The notes below the pieces were generated by a model that searched no databases, was not told the DNA's origin, and was given only the letters and a program-made list of their open reading frames with translations. A program made the position numbers and the translations under genes. Of a DNA stretch of 64,000 bases, positions 35,301 through 45,149 are shown one piece after another. The stretch covers positions 605,544 to 669,543 of the forward strand of contig CAWDGW010000017.1 of the NCBI GenBank assembly GCA_963801995.1. The letters run 5' to 3'. The DNA comes from an uncultured Holophagae bacterium. GTDB lineage: Bacteria; Acidobacteriota; Thermoanaerobaculia; Thermoanaerobaculales; Sulfomarinibacteraceae. Within the stretch, counting starts at the first letter, position 1, and the number at the start of each line of letters is the position of its first letter.

Positions 35301-35957
35301 ATGTCTCCAGCCGGAGGTCACAACGTGAGGCCAAACAAAAATGGCGGCATCCACTTCTTCAAAACCACGGTCATCGGCGGGCTGGTGTTCCTAGTGCCGG
35401 TGGTGGTCTTGATTATCGTGCTGACCAAGGCGGCCGGGCTGATGATGATGGTGGCCGAACCCATGGCCGGGTTCATTCCGGTGGATTCCATCGGCGGAGT
35501 GGCCTTGGCCAACGTCATCGCCGGGATCGCCGTCGTTCTGGTCTGCTTCATCGCGGGCCTCGTCGCCAGACGGGCTTTGATCCGCTCCACCGTGGAGGGT
35601 CTCGAGTCCAAGGTGCTCTCGAAGGTCCCTGGGTACGTCATCATCAAGGGCATGCTCAGCGGTCTTCATGAGGAAGAGACCGGTCGATTGACCCCGGTGT
35701 TGGCCACTATTGGTTCGGCGGCTCGGATAGGCCTCGAAATCGAGCGACTGGACGACGGTAGGACCGTGGTGTTCATGCCGAATGCGCCCAATCCATGGTC
35801 GGGCAAGGTTCAAATCCTGGCACCGGACCACGTTCAACGCCTCGGCCTTTCCATGGCCGAATATATGGAGAACGTCGAACGTTTCGGTCAGGGAACGAAC
35901 GAACTACTCAATATTCGTTTACAATCAACCGACCCTGACAAAGGAGAGGAACCATGA
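35301..35957 (+). CDS. DUF502-family membrane protein
   Basis: Start set at ATG 35301 (MSPAGG...). FFKTTVIGGLVFLVPVVVLIIVL..., a second TM and VPGYVIIKG fit the DUF502 pattern. The exact start is uncertain. Confidence 0.7.
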   Translation: MSPAGGHNVRPNKNGGIHFFKTTVIGGLVFLVPVVVLIIVLTKAAGLMMMVAEPMAGFIPVDSIGGVALANVIAGIAVVLVCFIAGLVARRALIRSTVEGLESKVLSKVPGYVIIKGMLSGLHEEETGRLTPVLATIGSAARIGLEIERLDDGRTVVFMPNAPNPWSGKVQILAPDHVQRLGLSMAEYMENVERFGQGTNELLNIRLQSTDPDKGEEP

Positions 35958-36535
35958 AAAAGAGCGCAACGATCATCACGCTGTGTGTCCTGACCCTGAC
36001 CCTGGTCGCATTCAACACCGTCGTCGCCGAAGAACAGAAGACCTCGAAGGAACTCAAACGCGACTCCCAGCGCGCCAAGATCGACGAGGTGGCCGCCGCG
36101 ACCCTTGAAAAATTGTTCGCAGAGAATGCCAAGGCTAAGGTGCTGTACGACGAGGCCCTCGGCTGGGCGGTTTTCGACAACACCAAAGTCGCCCTGGGAA
36201 TCTCGGGAGGCGGTGGCAAGGGTGTTGCCGTTTCGAAGGAAAGCGGAAAACGCGCCTACATGAAAATGGGGACCGCGGGAGTCGGCCTCGGAATCGGAGT
36301 CAACTCATACCAGGTGGTCTTTCTGTTCCAGGATGAGGGCACCGCGAAGAACTTCATCGAAAATGGCTGGCAGGCGGACGCCGGCGCGACCGCGTCGGCC
36401 GGCAAAAACGCCGCCGACGCCAAAACCAACTTCGTCAACGGGCTCGCCATCTACCAACTCACCGACAAGGGCCTGATGCTCAACGCCGATATCGCCGGCA
36501 CCAAGTACTGGATGGACAAGGACCTCAACGAGTAG
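35954..36535 (+). CDS. SYLF (DUF500/Ysc84-like) lipid-binding domain protein, exported
   Basis: 193 aa. Signal peptide. GISGGGGKGVAV...GTAGVGLGIGVNSYQVVFLF...GATASAGKNA pattern. ATGA overlap with the upstream gene. Confidence 0.75.
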   Translation: MKKSATIITLCVLTLTLVAFNTVVAEEQKTSKELKRDSQRAKIDEVAAATLEKLFAENAKAKVLYDEALGWAVFDNTKVALGISGGGGKGVAVSKESGKRAYMKMGTAGVGLGIGVNSYQVVFLFQDEGTAKNFIENGWQADAGATASAGKNAADAKTNFVNGLAIYQLTDKGLMLNADIAGTKYWMDKDLNE

Positions 36536-36661
36536 GCCAGAGCTGTACGCTATACGCAAAACGGTAGGTCCGGAGGGTCCTCTGGCCCGGAATACGGAAG
36601 AGCCGACCGTAGCGTTCGAGAGGGTGTTGCGGTCGATTCCGGCGCGTCGGAGGGTATTTTC

Positions 36662-37747
36662 ATGGTTCGTTTCTTCTTGGCTTTATGCACTGTTTTGTTG
36701 GTTGTTGCCACTCCGGTTTTGGCCGAAGAAAACAGCGATTGGCAGCCGGATCCCCCGCCCGAAATGCCCGAAGAGTGGGACTGGGTCCAGACCACCTCAC
36801 TGGAGTGGCTCAAGGGAAAGATCCTCGACATGTACAAGGACGAGGTCACCTTCGACAGCGACGAGTTTGGCGAAGTGAAAATCGACTGGGGCGACATTCA
36901 GCAAATCAAGACAGCGGGGACGATGGTCGTCGGTATGGAGGACGGCAACACAGCCGTCGGCAAGATCTTCTTGGATGGCGATGGGGTGAGAGTTTTAGGC
37001 GAGGAGGACCAGACCTTCGCCAAGAGTGAAGTTCTCAGCATAATCGCCGGCGCTCCAAAGGAGATCAACTATTGGGATTTCAACTTTTCTCTCGGTGCCA
37101 ACCAGAGATCCGGCAATACGGAACAGACCGAAGTCTCCTCGAAGGCGTTGATTCGCCGCCGCACGGTCAGGAACCGAATCGTGATCGACTGGCTCGCCAG
37201 TTTCAATTCCACCGACGATGTCACGTCGGCCGACAACCAACGTCTCTCCGGAACCTGGGATCTTTTCGTTTCTAAACGCTTTTTCGTGACTCCGGTCTTT
37301 GTCGAGTGGTACCGCGATCCATTCCAGAACATTGACAACAAATACACCATCGCGGTGGCTGCCGGTTACACAATCATGGACACGCCCAAGATCGAATGGC
37401 AGATTTCGGGCGGTCCCGGTTACACCCACACCCAGTTCGACGATGTGGCCCCCAATGAGCCCGCCGGTGACAGCGCCGCAGCATTCATATTCGGTACAAC
37501 CTACGACCACGAGATAACCAGGAAAATCGACTTCCTCTTCGACTACCGCGGGACATTCACCGACGAAACCTCCGGCTCCTACCTCCACCACCTGCTCACC
37601 AGTCTCGAAATCGAACTCACCAAGGTCCTGGACTTCGATATCACGTGGGTGTGGGACCGGATCAAGGATCCCCGCGCCAACTCAGACGGAACGTTTCCGG
37701 AACAGGACGACTACCGGCTGTCGTTCATGCTCGGCCTGGATTTCTGA
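36662..37747 (+). CDS. DUF481-family outer-membrane beta-barrel protein (YdiY-like)
   Basis: 361 aa. Signal peptide LLVVATPVLAEE. NFSLGANQRSGNTEQTEVSSKALIRRR and a terminal ...RLSFMLGLDF typical of OM beta-barrels. Confidence 0.7.
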   Translation: MVRFFLALCTVLLVVATPVLAEENSDWQPDPPPEMPEEWDWVQTTSLEWLKGKILDMYKDEVTFDSDEFGEVKIDWGDIQQIKTAGTMVVGMEDGNTAVGKIFLDGDGVRVLGEEDQTFAKSEVLSIIAGAPKEINYWDFNFSLGANQRSGNTEQTEVSSKALIRRRTVRNRIVIDWLASFNSTDDVTSADNQRLSGTWDLFVSKRFFVTPVFVEWYRDPFQNIDNKYTIAVAAGYTIMDTPKIEWQISGGPGYTHTQFDDVAPNEPAGDSAAAFIFGTTYDHEITRKIDFLFDYRGTFTDETSGSYLHHLLTSLEIELTKVLDFDITWVWDRIKDPRANSDGTFPEQDDYRLSFMLGLDF

Positions 37748-38808
37748 GCGTCCGCGAGCAACCGCTCCTCGAGAAACTCCCAGATTCGGCGGCACATCCA
37801 TGACCCGCCCAGCGGCGTCATGGAAAGAAACGCGTTCGGTGGCCATAGTTGAGGGTGTACCTCATCGGCCGGCCCATGGCCTCCCACAAAGCCTCGCGTG
37901 AGGGTTCGGGAATGCAGTCGTCCTTCGCGGCCTCGAAGATCAGCACCGTGTTCGGGTCGACTGGTCGGGGTAGTTGGCGGCATCGATGGCCTGAAAAACG
38001 GGACGCAGCTGCTGCTCGAGCTCGCGTCCCGGTCCCAGCCGAAAGACCTCTGCCGCGTTTTCTTGCACCGCCGAGCTGCGTTCGCCGTCGCAACGGGCGA
38101 CGATCTGGTGAGGGTGCGCGCCGCCCATGACCACCACAGTCGCCGCCAAGCCGGGGTTCCTGGGTGGCGGCGGTAGCAGCCACAATGGCGCTCCGGCTGA
38201 AGCCCATCAGCGCCACCCGCGAGCGTTGATTTCGGGCTGCTCTTCAGCCCAGTCCACGAACCGGCGCAGATCAACAATGAAGGTCCGTCTCACGTTCCAC
38301 ACCCTCGCGGAACAGGTTGAAAAACCGTTGCTTCGTCTGGCTCTTCATGGTCGCCTGCTCCCAATCGAAGCAGAAAGTTCTCTCCCTGGACGTCAAGCAC
38401 GTGGATTTCACCACGGCTGTGACGCTGGATGTACTGGCACATCTTCTCCGAAGGGTAGGTGTGACGAGCGAATATGGGTAGAATGATGACCAACGGCCTC
38501 GGTCCGGGCAGCTCGCTCCTGAAATAGCGGGCGGTGATCAGCCCGTCTGCCTGCGCGTTGTCGCCGATCGAGGGGATCGTGAGATCCCGCAGCGAGTACT
38601 CCGGAGACGCACCCTGGCCTACGTTGTGGTTGTCAAAGGGCACCGGCGATCGGGCGTACTGGAATGGGGCATCTGATGCACCCGCCGACCCGGACTCCAC
38701 CTTCGCCAGGTCGGCAGCCGTCCTCAGGGGAGTCGTCGTGTGGCTCGTACACCCGATCGCCAGCAAGAGCAGGGTGGCAGCGGAGAGTCCGGCCAGACCG
38801 TGACCCAT
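37711..38808 (-). pseudogene. alpha/beta-hydrolase lipoprotein gene, multiply frameshifted
   Basis: Lipobox start MGHGLAGLSAATLLLLAIGCTS (ATG 38808). Plausible hydrolase segments continue in alternating frames: ...HVLDVQGENF / DWEQATMKSQTKQRFFNLFREGVERE / DLRRFVDWAEEQPEINAR / VALMGFSRSAIVAATAAT / LAATVVVMGGAHPHQ... / VDPNTVLIFEAAKDDCIPEP...YGHR / AFLSMTPLGG. About six junctions. The 3' end is uncertain. Confidence 0.7.
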
Positions 38809-38957
38809 TGCCCTTCCACGACGGCAGAGAATCTCGGCGATCGCAGCGCCCTGAACCAAATCGTCCCCACTCCCTCGTATCATCCCTGGCCATTATCCAC
38901 ACTCACTCCAGGGTTTCCACCTCGACCTTCTGTTGGTGACCAGGTACCCTGGGATCA

Positions 38958-41900
38958 ATGATCAAAAAGACATCAATTCTCATCGTCGTCCTGCTGGCCA
39001 TCTCAATCGTGTCTCCTGCGCAGACCACGCGAGAATCCGACATCCCCAGCCGCATGGAGGAGATCCGCCAGCTCCGGGGCCGGGCAGAGCAGAGCCCCGC
39101 GATCACGGAACCGTTAAAGTCCCAGATTCTCGAGTTGTGCGACGGCGCGCTCGCTGCTCTCCAGACGGTGGTGGTTTATCAACGGGAGGGCGCGGTCTTA
39201 CAGAAGGACCGGGCAGGAGTCGCTCGGGTCGTTGAGGCGCTGCGCGCGGAGCTCGCAAAACCAGAAGCCACCCCGGAGCTCGATCCATCGGTCAGTATCA
39301 CGGTCGCACAGTCGGACGATGCGCTGACTCGCGAACGGTCACGGCTCGCTGCCTACAGATCCGCACTGAGAGACGCGGAGCGCCGGGTCGAAGAACGGGC
39401 AAAGCTCCGCAGTGAAATCGCCCAACGGCTCGGCTCCCTGGATCAGGAGGTCGAAGCGCTCGACGACGAGTTGGTCACCGGTGTTGAGCGTTACTCCAAC
39501 CCAGACCTCCGAACCGCGGCTCGCCTGAATGCCCTGGCACGCCGGGAGATGGCCCTCAGCGAAATCCAGAAGAACCGGGCGTCGCTGGAACTGCTCGACG
39601 ACCGCGGCGGACTGCTCCCCCTGGAGGTCGACCTGGCCCAGCGGAGGGTCGTATACAGCGACGCTCTGGTGGCAATGATGTCGGAGCAGGCAGCCCAGCT
39701 GCGCAGGGAAGAGGCCCAGGCCTCTCTGGCCCAGGTCCGCGAACTCTGCCAGCGGGCCGCGGTGTCGGTGCCGGAACTTGCCGAACTCGCGACCGAGACC
39801 GAAGGGTATGCCGAGTTGCTCTGGGGACGGCAGGGAGTCGTGACCCTCACCGAGGCGGCGACAGCCTCGCTGGTCTCCACCCGGAGGCACCTCGCCGATC
39901 TCACCCGGATCGCCGAACTTTCCCGTCGTAAATTCGAGGCCTACGGACAGAGGGGTAGCGCAACTCGCTGGTGGCCGGATATTCCAGCGGACTTTCCGAA
40001 ACCGGGTGCGGTCGCCAACACTGTTCGCAGGCTCGATAGCGAAATTCCCGAGGTGTCTCATCGGTTGATTACCTTTGAACAGCAACGGGCAAAAACCACC
40101 ACTCTCACCCGGACGACCCGAACCCAGATCCAGTCGGCGTACGGAGAGAGTCCGTCGAACGAGGTGGCGACCGCCGTCAGGGCGCTACTGGCTGCGCGCC
40201 GGGATTTGCTTGACCGACTGATTCAGCAGTACGGACGGTACTCGAACGTCCTTGTGGAACACCGCGGGGTGTCGCAGCATTTTACCGAGAGCATCGACGC
40301 GGTACAGCACTTCCTCTACACCCATGTGTTGTGGGTGCGAAGCGTTCCCCGGCCGATCATCCCGCGCCCCGGCGACTTGGTGGCCGCCTTCCGGTGGTTG
40401 GTCAATCCGACCCGCGGAGAATCTCCTGTCGCCATCGGTTCCGAAGACGGGCTCAAGGTCCGCCCCGTGGACATTCTGTTCCTACTCGGGTCCTGTCTGG
40501 TCCTGGTGTCGGTTCGTCGAATCGGAATGCGACTGGCCGAGCTTGCGGACCGGGTCGAGGACCCTGAACGAGACGCGTTCAGATACACGGTGGAAGCGCT
40601 GATGCTGACGGCACTGCTGGCCGCCCCATTGCCGGTGGTTCTTTACGTCGGCAGCAACCTGCTCGAGCGAGCCGGCAGCACGACCCCGCTCACCGCGTCG
40701 GCGGGCGCGCTGGCAATGGTCACGCTGATTGCCGCCGTTCTGGAGTTCATCCGCCAGCTCTTCACTCCTCGGGGCCTCGCTGAGGCTCACTTCAGCTGGC
40801 CACTCAAGGTCACCCGCCTGCTCCATCGTGGGTTGCTGGTGCCGGAGGCGGTGGCGATTCCCCTGTTGTACGTCGCAATCTACCTTGCCAAGGTCGGGAT
40901 CCGGCTCGACAGTCCCCTCGACCTGCAGACCTACAACAACTCGCTCGGCCGAGTCGCCTTCATTCTTGGCCTCGGTTTCCTCGGGGTGACGGTGCTACTC
41001 CTCTTGCGGCCCGAACGGAAGGACGATGTCGCCGAACACGACCCGCCGGTGATCTGGTCAAAGGTCTTTTCAAAGTACGCATTCCCAACCGCCGTGCTGG
41101 TGGCCTACCCGCTGATCTTCCTGGGCGCCATCCTTCCAGCCATACTCGCGATCTTTGGGTTCTACGTCACCGGCATTCTCCTCGCCTACCAGATGCTCCG
41201 AACCATCACTTTTGGAATCGCGGTCCTCGTCGGTGGTGGTCTCATCCATCGTTGGCGGGTCGCCAGTCGAAGGAACGCTCTTCGCGACGCCGGCGGCAAA
41301 ACCGTTGACGATGGGACGCTCAAGGATATTTCCGCCGCCGAGGCCCAGACACGGCAGCTTTTCAGGTTCGTAGCCGCGGCGGTCATGACGATCGGGCTGT
41401 TTTCCATTTGGTCAGACGCCCTCCCCCTGTTCCAGATGCTCAAACGAGTCCAAATGTGGCCGCGGGTCACCCTCATGGAGCCGGTGCAAACGAATGTGCT
41501 GGACTCCGTCACAGTCGGTCGGCAACAGGAGACAGGCCAACCCGACCAAGCCGACGCGCCGCCTCCAGAAGCGGCCCAGATCCCCGATGCCGTTGAAGGC
41601 GTGGCCGGCGACGCCCAAGCAGGCCCGGCTGCCGCCGACTCGCCGCTCACCCTGTGGAACCTCTTGGAGTCCATCCTCGTCGGGTTCGTGGCCTTCGTAT
41701 TGGCCCGCAATATTCCAGGTCTGCTCGAGCTCTTCCTGCGCAGGCGAACCACCATCGACAGCGGCGCGCGGGTGGCGTTCGCGACTCTGGTTCGATACGC
41801 GATCACTATCATCGGCCTCACGTTGGTTTTCGGTTTACTCGGAATCTCGTGGTCCAAGGTCCAATGGCTGGCCGCCGCCCTCACCTTCGGTCTCGGCTTT

Positions 41901-42497
41901 GGCCTCCAGGAAATCGTCGCCAATTTCGTCTCGGGTTTGATCCTCCTGGTGGAGCGGCCCGTGAGAGTCGGCGACGTGGTGACCATCGGCAACCTCATGG
42001 GCAAGGTCACCCGAATCCAAATTCGCGCCACCACCATCACACTCTGGGATCGCAGCGAAATGATCGTCCCGAACAAGGAGTTCATCACCACCAAGCTGGT
42101 GAACTGGACCCTTTCGGACTCCAAACGGCGGATCGAGATTCCCCTCAGAATCGCCTATGGTGCGGACCTCAAGCAGGTCAAGGAGATCCTCACAGAAATC
42201 GGCGACCGGCATCCGGATGTGCTCGAGGATCCGGCTCCGCATGCCCTCGTGCTCGGCTTTGGTGAAGACGCCATCGCCGTCGAACTCCGCTTCGTGGTGG
42301 ACTTCGGCATGGGCCTCCGGGTCAAGGACGAGGTCCAGATGTCCATTGACAAAGCCTTCCGCAAGGCAGGGATCGAGTTTGCCCTACCCCAACGCAGGAT
42401 CCAGGTCATCTCCGGCCCACCTCTGCCAACTGATACCGGCGATGACGAACCGGACGAAGAAGGAGCGCCTGAGGTCTCCCCGAGCCCAGCCGTGTGA
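38958..42497 (+). CDS. MscK/KefA-like large mechanosensitive channel
   Basis: 1179 aa. Signal peptide, ~450-aa coiled-coil-like periplasmic region and about 11 TM. C-terminal MscS core FGLQEIVANFVSGLILLVERPVRVGDVVTIGNLMGKVTRIQIRATTI. Confidence 0.88.
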   Translation: MIKKTSILIVVLLAISIVSPAQTTRESDIPSRMEEIRQLRGRAEQSPAITEPLKSQILELCDGALAALQTVVVYQREGAVLQKDRAGVARVVEALRAELAKPEATPELDPSVSITVAQSDDALTRERSRLAAYRSALRDAERRVEERAKLRSEIAQRLGSLDQEVEALDDELVTGVERYSNPDLRTAARLNALARREMALSEIQKNRASLELLDDRGGLLPLEVDLAQRRVVYSDALVAMMSEQAAQLRREEAQASLAQVRELCQRAAVSVPELAELATETEGYAELLWGRQGVVTLTEAATASLVSTRRHLADLTRIAELSRRKFEAYGQRGSATRWWPDIPADFPKPGAVANTVRRLDSEIPEVSHRLITFEQQRAKTTTLTRTTRTQIQSAYGESPSNEVATAVRALLAARRDLLDRLIQQYGRYSNVLVEHRGVSQHFTESIDAVQHFLYTHVLWVRSVPRPIIPRPGDLVAAFRWLVNPTRGESPVAIGSEDGLKVRPVDILFLLGSCLVLVSVRRIGMRLAELADRVEDPERDAFRYTVEALMLTALLAAPLPVVLYVGSNLLERAGSTTPLTASAGALAMVTLIAAVLEFIRQLFTPRGLAEAHFSWPLKVTRLLHRGLLVPEAVAIPLLYVAIYLAKVGIRLDSPLDLQTYNNSLGRVAFILGLGFLGVTVLLLLRPERKDDVAEHDPPVIWSKVFSKYAFPTAVLVAYPLIFLGAILPAILAIFGFYVTGILLAYQMLRTITFGIAVLVGGGLIHRWRVASRRNALRDAGGKTVDDGTLKDISAAEAQTRQLFRFVAAAVMTIGLFSIWSDALPLFQMLKRVQMWPRVTLMEPVQTNVLDSVTVGRQQETGQPDQADAPPPEAAQIPDAVEGVAGDAQAGPAAADSPLTLWNLLESILVGFVAFVLARNIPGLLELFLRRRTTIDSGARVAFATLVRYAITIIGLTLVFGLLGISWSKVQWLAAALTFGLGFGLQEIVANFVSGLILLVERPVRVGDVVTIGNLMGKVTRIQIRATTITLWDRSEMIVPNKEFITTKLVNWTLSDSKRRIEIPLRIAYGADLKQVKEILTEIGDRHPDVLEDPAPHALVLGFGEDAIAVELRFVVDFGMGLRVKDEVQMSIDKAFRKAGIEFALPQRRIQVISGPPLPTDTGDDEPDEEGAPEVSPSPAV

Positions 42498-42600
42498 GGG
42501 TTAGAGGTTTAAAGGTTTAAAGGTTAAAGGTTTAAAGGTCAGAGGTTTAAAGGTTAGGGGTTTCAAGGTCGAGGGTTCGGTTCATCCGGATTCCCGTGAG
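42497..42600. repeat. octamer micro-repeat array (GGTTTAAA type) plus 22-nt core motif
   Basis: ggttagaggtttaaaggtttaaaggttaaaggtttaaaggtcagaggtttaaaggttaggggtttcaaggtcgagggttcgg, then ggttcatccggattcccgtgag. Confidence 0.85.
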
Positions 42601-42655
42601 ATGGCCCCTCGTTTAACGTGTACGAAGTTGCGTTTGACTCTCTCAAGTGTCATTG

Positions 42656-43921
42656 TCACCCCCCGAACACCTCTGAGAGTGCCTCTGCAAGCGATTCGTA
42701 CTCGTCCAGGTTGTTGTAGATCTGCGCCGAGATGCGGATCAGGCGACGGGGTGGGGCCGGCCACGGGATCACCGGCACCTCGATGCGCCAGCCTTCAAGC
42801 AGCTGCTCCTGGAGCGGATCAGCGTAGAGGGCAGAGGTCGGCGGCTCCGGTGACCCAGGCGGCAGTGGAACGGAAGCGAGCGAGCCGATCATGTCATCCG
42901 GGCACGGAGGCGCCACACCCAGAGCATCACAGATCAGCCTGCGCCCTCGAAGCACGAGTTCGCGATTGCCGGTCCTCAACTCGGCCCAGCCTCCAGGCAG
43001 TAGGTTCCCCATGAATCGGATCGCTTCGGGCACGCACAGGAAAGCGCTCGGATCGTCGGTGCCCACCCAATCGAACTCCTCCAAAAAGCGAGACCGGTCG
43101 GTTCGGGGCGAGTTTGCACCGTGACTGATCACCACCGGCCGGACCGCCGCCTGGAGATCACGGCGAACGTGGAGAAACCCGGCGCCCTTGGGGGCACACA
43201 GCCACTTGTGGCAGTTTCCGGTGTAGTAGGCGGCGCCGATAGACTCCACATCCAGATCCACCATGCCGGGGGCGTGGGCGCCATCCACCAGGGTCTCCAC
43301 ACCCCTCTGCTCCAGCTCGCGCACGATGCGTTCGATGGGCAGCACCATCCCGGTCTGGCTGGTGATGTGGTCGATCAACGCCAGTCGTGTCCTGGAGGTC
43401 ACCCGGGCCAGGATCGCCTCCACAGCCCGGTCCGGCGACTCGATGGGAAAGGGGATCTGGGCCACCACCACCTCGGCCCCGGCCCTGGCTGCAGCGAAAT
43501 CCAGGGCGTTGCGGCACGCGTTGTACTCGTGATCGGTGGTGAGCAACTCGTCGCCGCGCCCAACTGCGAGCGATCGCAGCACTCCGTTGATGGCGGTGGT
43601 GGCGTTGTTGAGGAACACCAGGTCCTCTGGATCCGTCCCCACGAACTCCGCCAACCCGCGCCGAGCGTCCGTCATCAGCCGCTCGTAGTCGCGAACGAAG
43701 AACTGCACCGGCTGGCGCTCCATCCGCTCCTGGATCGACCGTTGCTTCTCGAGCACGGGCTTCGGGCAGGCCCCGAATGACCCGTGGTTGAGAAACGCGA
43801 CCTCCGGGTCCAGCAGCCAGTGGCTCTTCAAGCCGTCGTCTTGCATGTCCATCCTCGGATCCCTCGCCGTGCGCGCCCAAACGTTATCCAGACAAAACAC
43901 ATTCTGCAACAACTCCTCCAT
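42656..43921 (-). CDS. class V aminotransferase-fold PLP enzyme (isopenicillin-N-epimerase / cysteine-desulfurase-like)
   Basis: FLNHGSFGACP...FLNNATTAINGVL...TDHEYNA...GNCHKWLCAPKGAGFLHV (PLP-Lys context). The ORF-track 5' extension translates repeat DNA. Start is ATG 43921 or ATG 43852. Confidence 0.8.
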   Translation of the reverse strand: MEELLQNVFCLDNVWARTARDPRMDMQDDGLKSHWLLDPEVAFLNHGSFGACPKPVLEKQRSIQERMERQPVQFFVRDYERLMTDARRGLAEFVGTDPEDLVFLNNATTAINGVLRSLAVGRGDELLTTDHEYNACRNALDFAAARAGAEVVVAQIPFPIESPDRAVEAILARVTSRTRLALIDHITSQTGMVLPIERIVRELEQRGVETLVDGAHAPGMVDLDVESIGAAYYTGNCHKWLCAPKGAGFLHVRRDLQAAVRPVVISHGANSPRTDRSRFLEEFDWVGTDDPSAFLCVPEAIRFMGNLLPGGWAELRTGNRELVLRGRRLICDALGVAPPCPDDMIGSLASVPLPPGSPEPPTSALYADPLQEQLLEGWRIEVPVIPWPAPPRRLIRISAQIYNNLDEYESLAEALSEVFGG

Positions 43922-43965
43922 CTGCCTGCCTGAGTTAGAAGTTTTTCGGGCGGGAGGTCGGGTTT

Positions 43966-44033
43966 CCACATTCATCATTCCACATTCCACATTTGAAATT
44001 TCAAATTCTCCCCTGCCCCTCTGCCCCTCTGCC
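43966..44033. repeat. heptamer micro-repeat array (CATTCCA then CCCTCTG types)
   Basis: ccacatt catcatt ccacatt ccacatt tgaaatt tcaaatt ctcccct gcccctc tgcccctc tgcc, in the divergent spacer. Confidence 0.8.
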
Positions 44034-44081
44034 GCTCCACTCCAGGTACAATCACCCCAGCACAAAAGGGAGGCGAACACG

Positions 44082-45149
44082 ATGCGCTTGATCAGGAAGC
44101 TCCACGTCCCGGGAACCGCCCCCGGCACCGTCGCCGACACCCCGTCTCCCGCGGAACCGGTCCGGTTGACGGTCATGAAATACGATCTCGACGACCTCTC
44201 CGAGGCAGAGCTGTCAAGCGTCGATCAACTCCACGAGCCAACGCCCGGAACAGTGACCTGGTTGGATGTGGAGGGACAGGACTCCGCCGTCATCAGCGCG
44301 ATCGGAGAACGGCTCGGTCTTCACCCCTTGGTCACGGAGGACCTGATCAACCTGGGCCAACGACCAAAGGTCGAGGAGTTCGTCGGCTGCCTCTTCATGA
44401 TCGTCGAGCACATCTGCCGGAACCATGAGAGTGGCGATTTGGAGCACGAGCAGGTCAGCATCGTGGTGACGAGCGACGCGGTACTGTCGGTTCGCGAGGC
44501 CAGAGACCCCCTATTCGACCCGGTCCGGAAGCGGCTCCACGGCGGAAGACCCCGAATCCGGGGCGGAGGGCCCGGTTACCTGGCCTATGCATTGATCGAC
44601 ACCGTCGTCGACCACCTGTTCGTCGTCCTCGGGGACATGGGCGAATCGATCGAAGAGCTCGAGGATCGCATGGTTGGCGAACCGACCCGGGAAAATCTCG
44701 TCTCGCTGCACGAACTCAAGCGCGAGATTCTCATGATGCGCAAAAGCGTCTGGCCAATGCGTGACATGATCGGACAGATTATCCGCGACGAAAGTGACCT
44801 CATCAGCGACGAAACCAGGCTCTACCTGCGGGACGTGGCCGACCACGCATCACGCGCCCTCGACATCGTCGAGACGTACCGGGAGATGATCTCGTCGTTG
44901 GTTGACCTTTACCTTTCGAGCGTGTCAAACCGGATGAACGAGGTCATGAAGGTGCTCACCATCATCGCCACAATCTTCATCCCTCTGTCTTTCATCGCCG
45001 GTCTCTACGGCATGAACTTCGACACTGAGGCAAGCCCCTTCAACCTGCCGGAGCTCAGTTGGTATTACGGTTATCCGCTGGCGCTGCTCGTCATGCTGGC
45101 GGTCGCGACGGGGCTGCTGGGGTTTTTCCGACGAAAGGGATGGATCTGA
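44082..45149 (+). CDS. corA: CorA-family Mg2+/Co2+ transporter
   Basis: Start set at ATG 44082 (AAGGGAGG RBS). YGMNF signature and two C-terminal TM helices. Confidence 0.9.
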   Translation: MRLIRKLHVPGTAPGTVADTPSPAEPVRLTVMKYDLDDLSEAELSSVDQLHEPTPGTVTWLDVEGQDSAVISAIGERLGLHPLVTEDLINLGQRPKVEEFVGCLFMIVEHICRNHESGDLEHEQVSIVVTSDAVLSVREARDPLFDPVRKRLHGGRPRIRGGGPGYLAYALIDTVVDHLFVVLGDMGESIEELEDRMVGEPTRENLVSLHELKREILMMRKSVWPMRDMIGQIIRDESDLISDETRLYLRDVADHASRALDIVETYREMISSLVDLYLSSVSNRMNEVMKVLTIIATIFIPLSFIAGLYGMNFDTEASPFNLPELSWYYGYPLALLVMLAVATGLLGFFRRKGWI

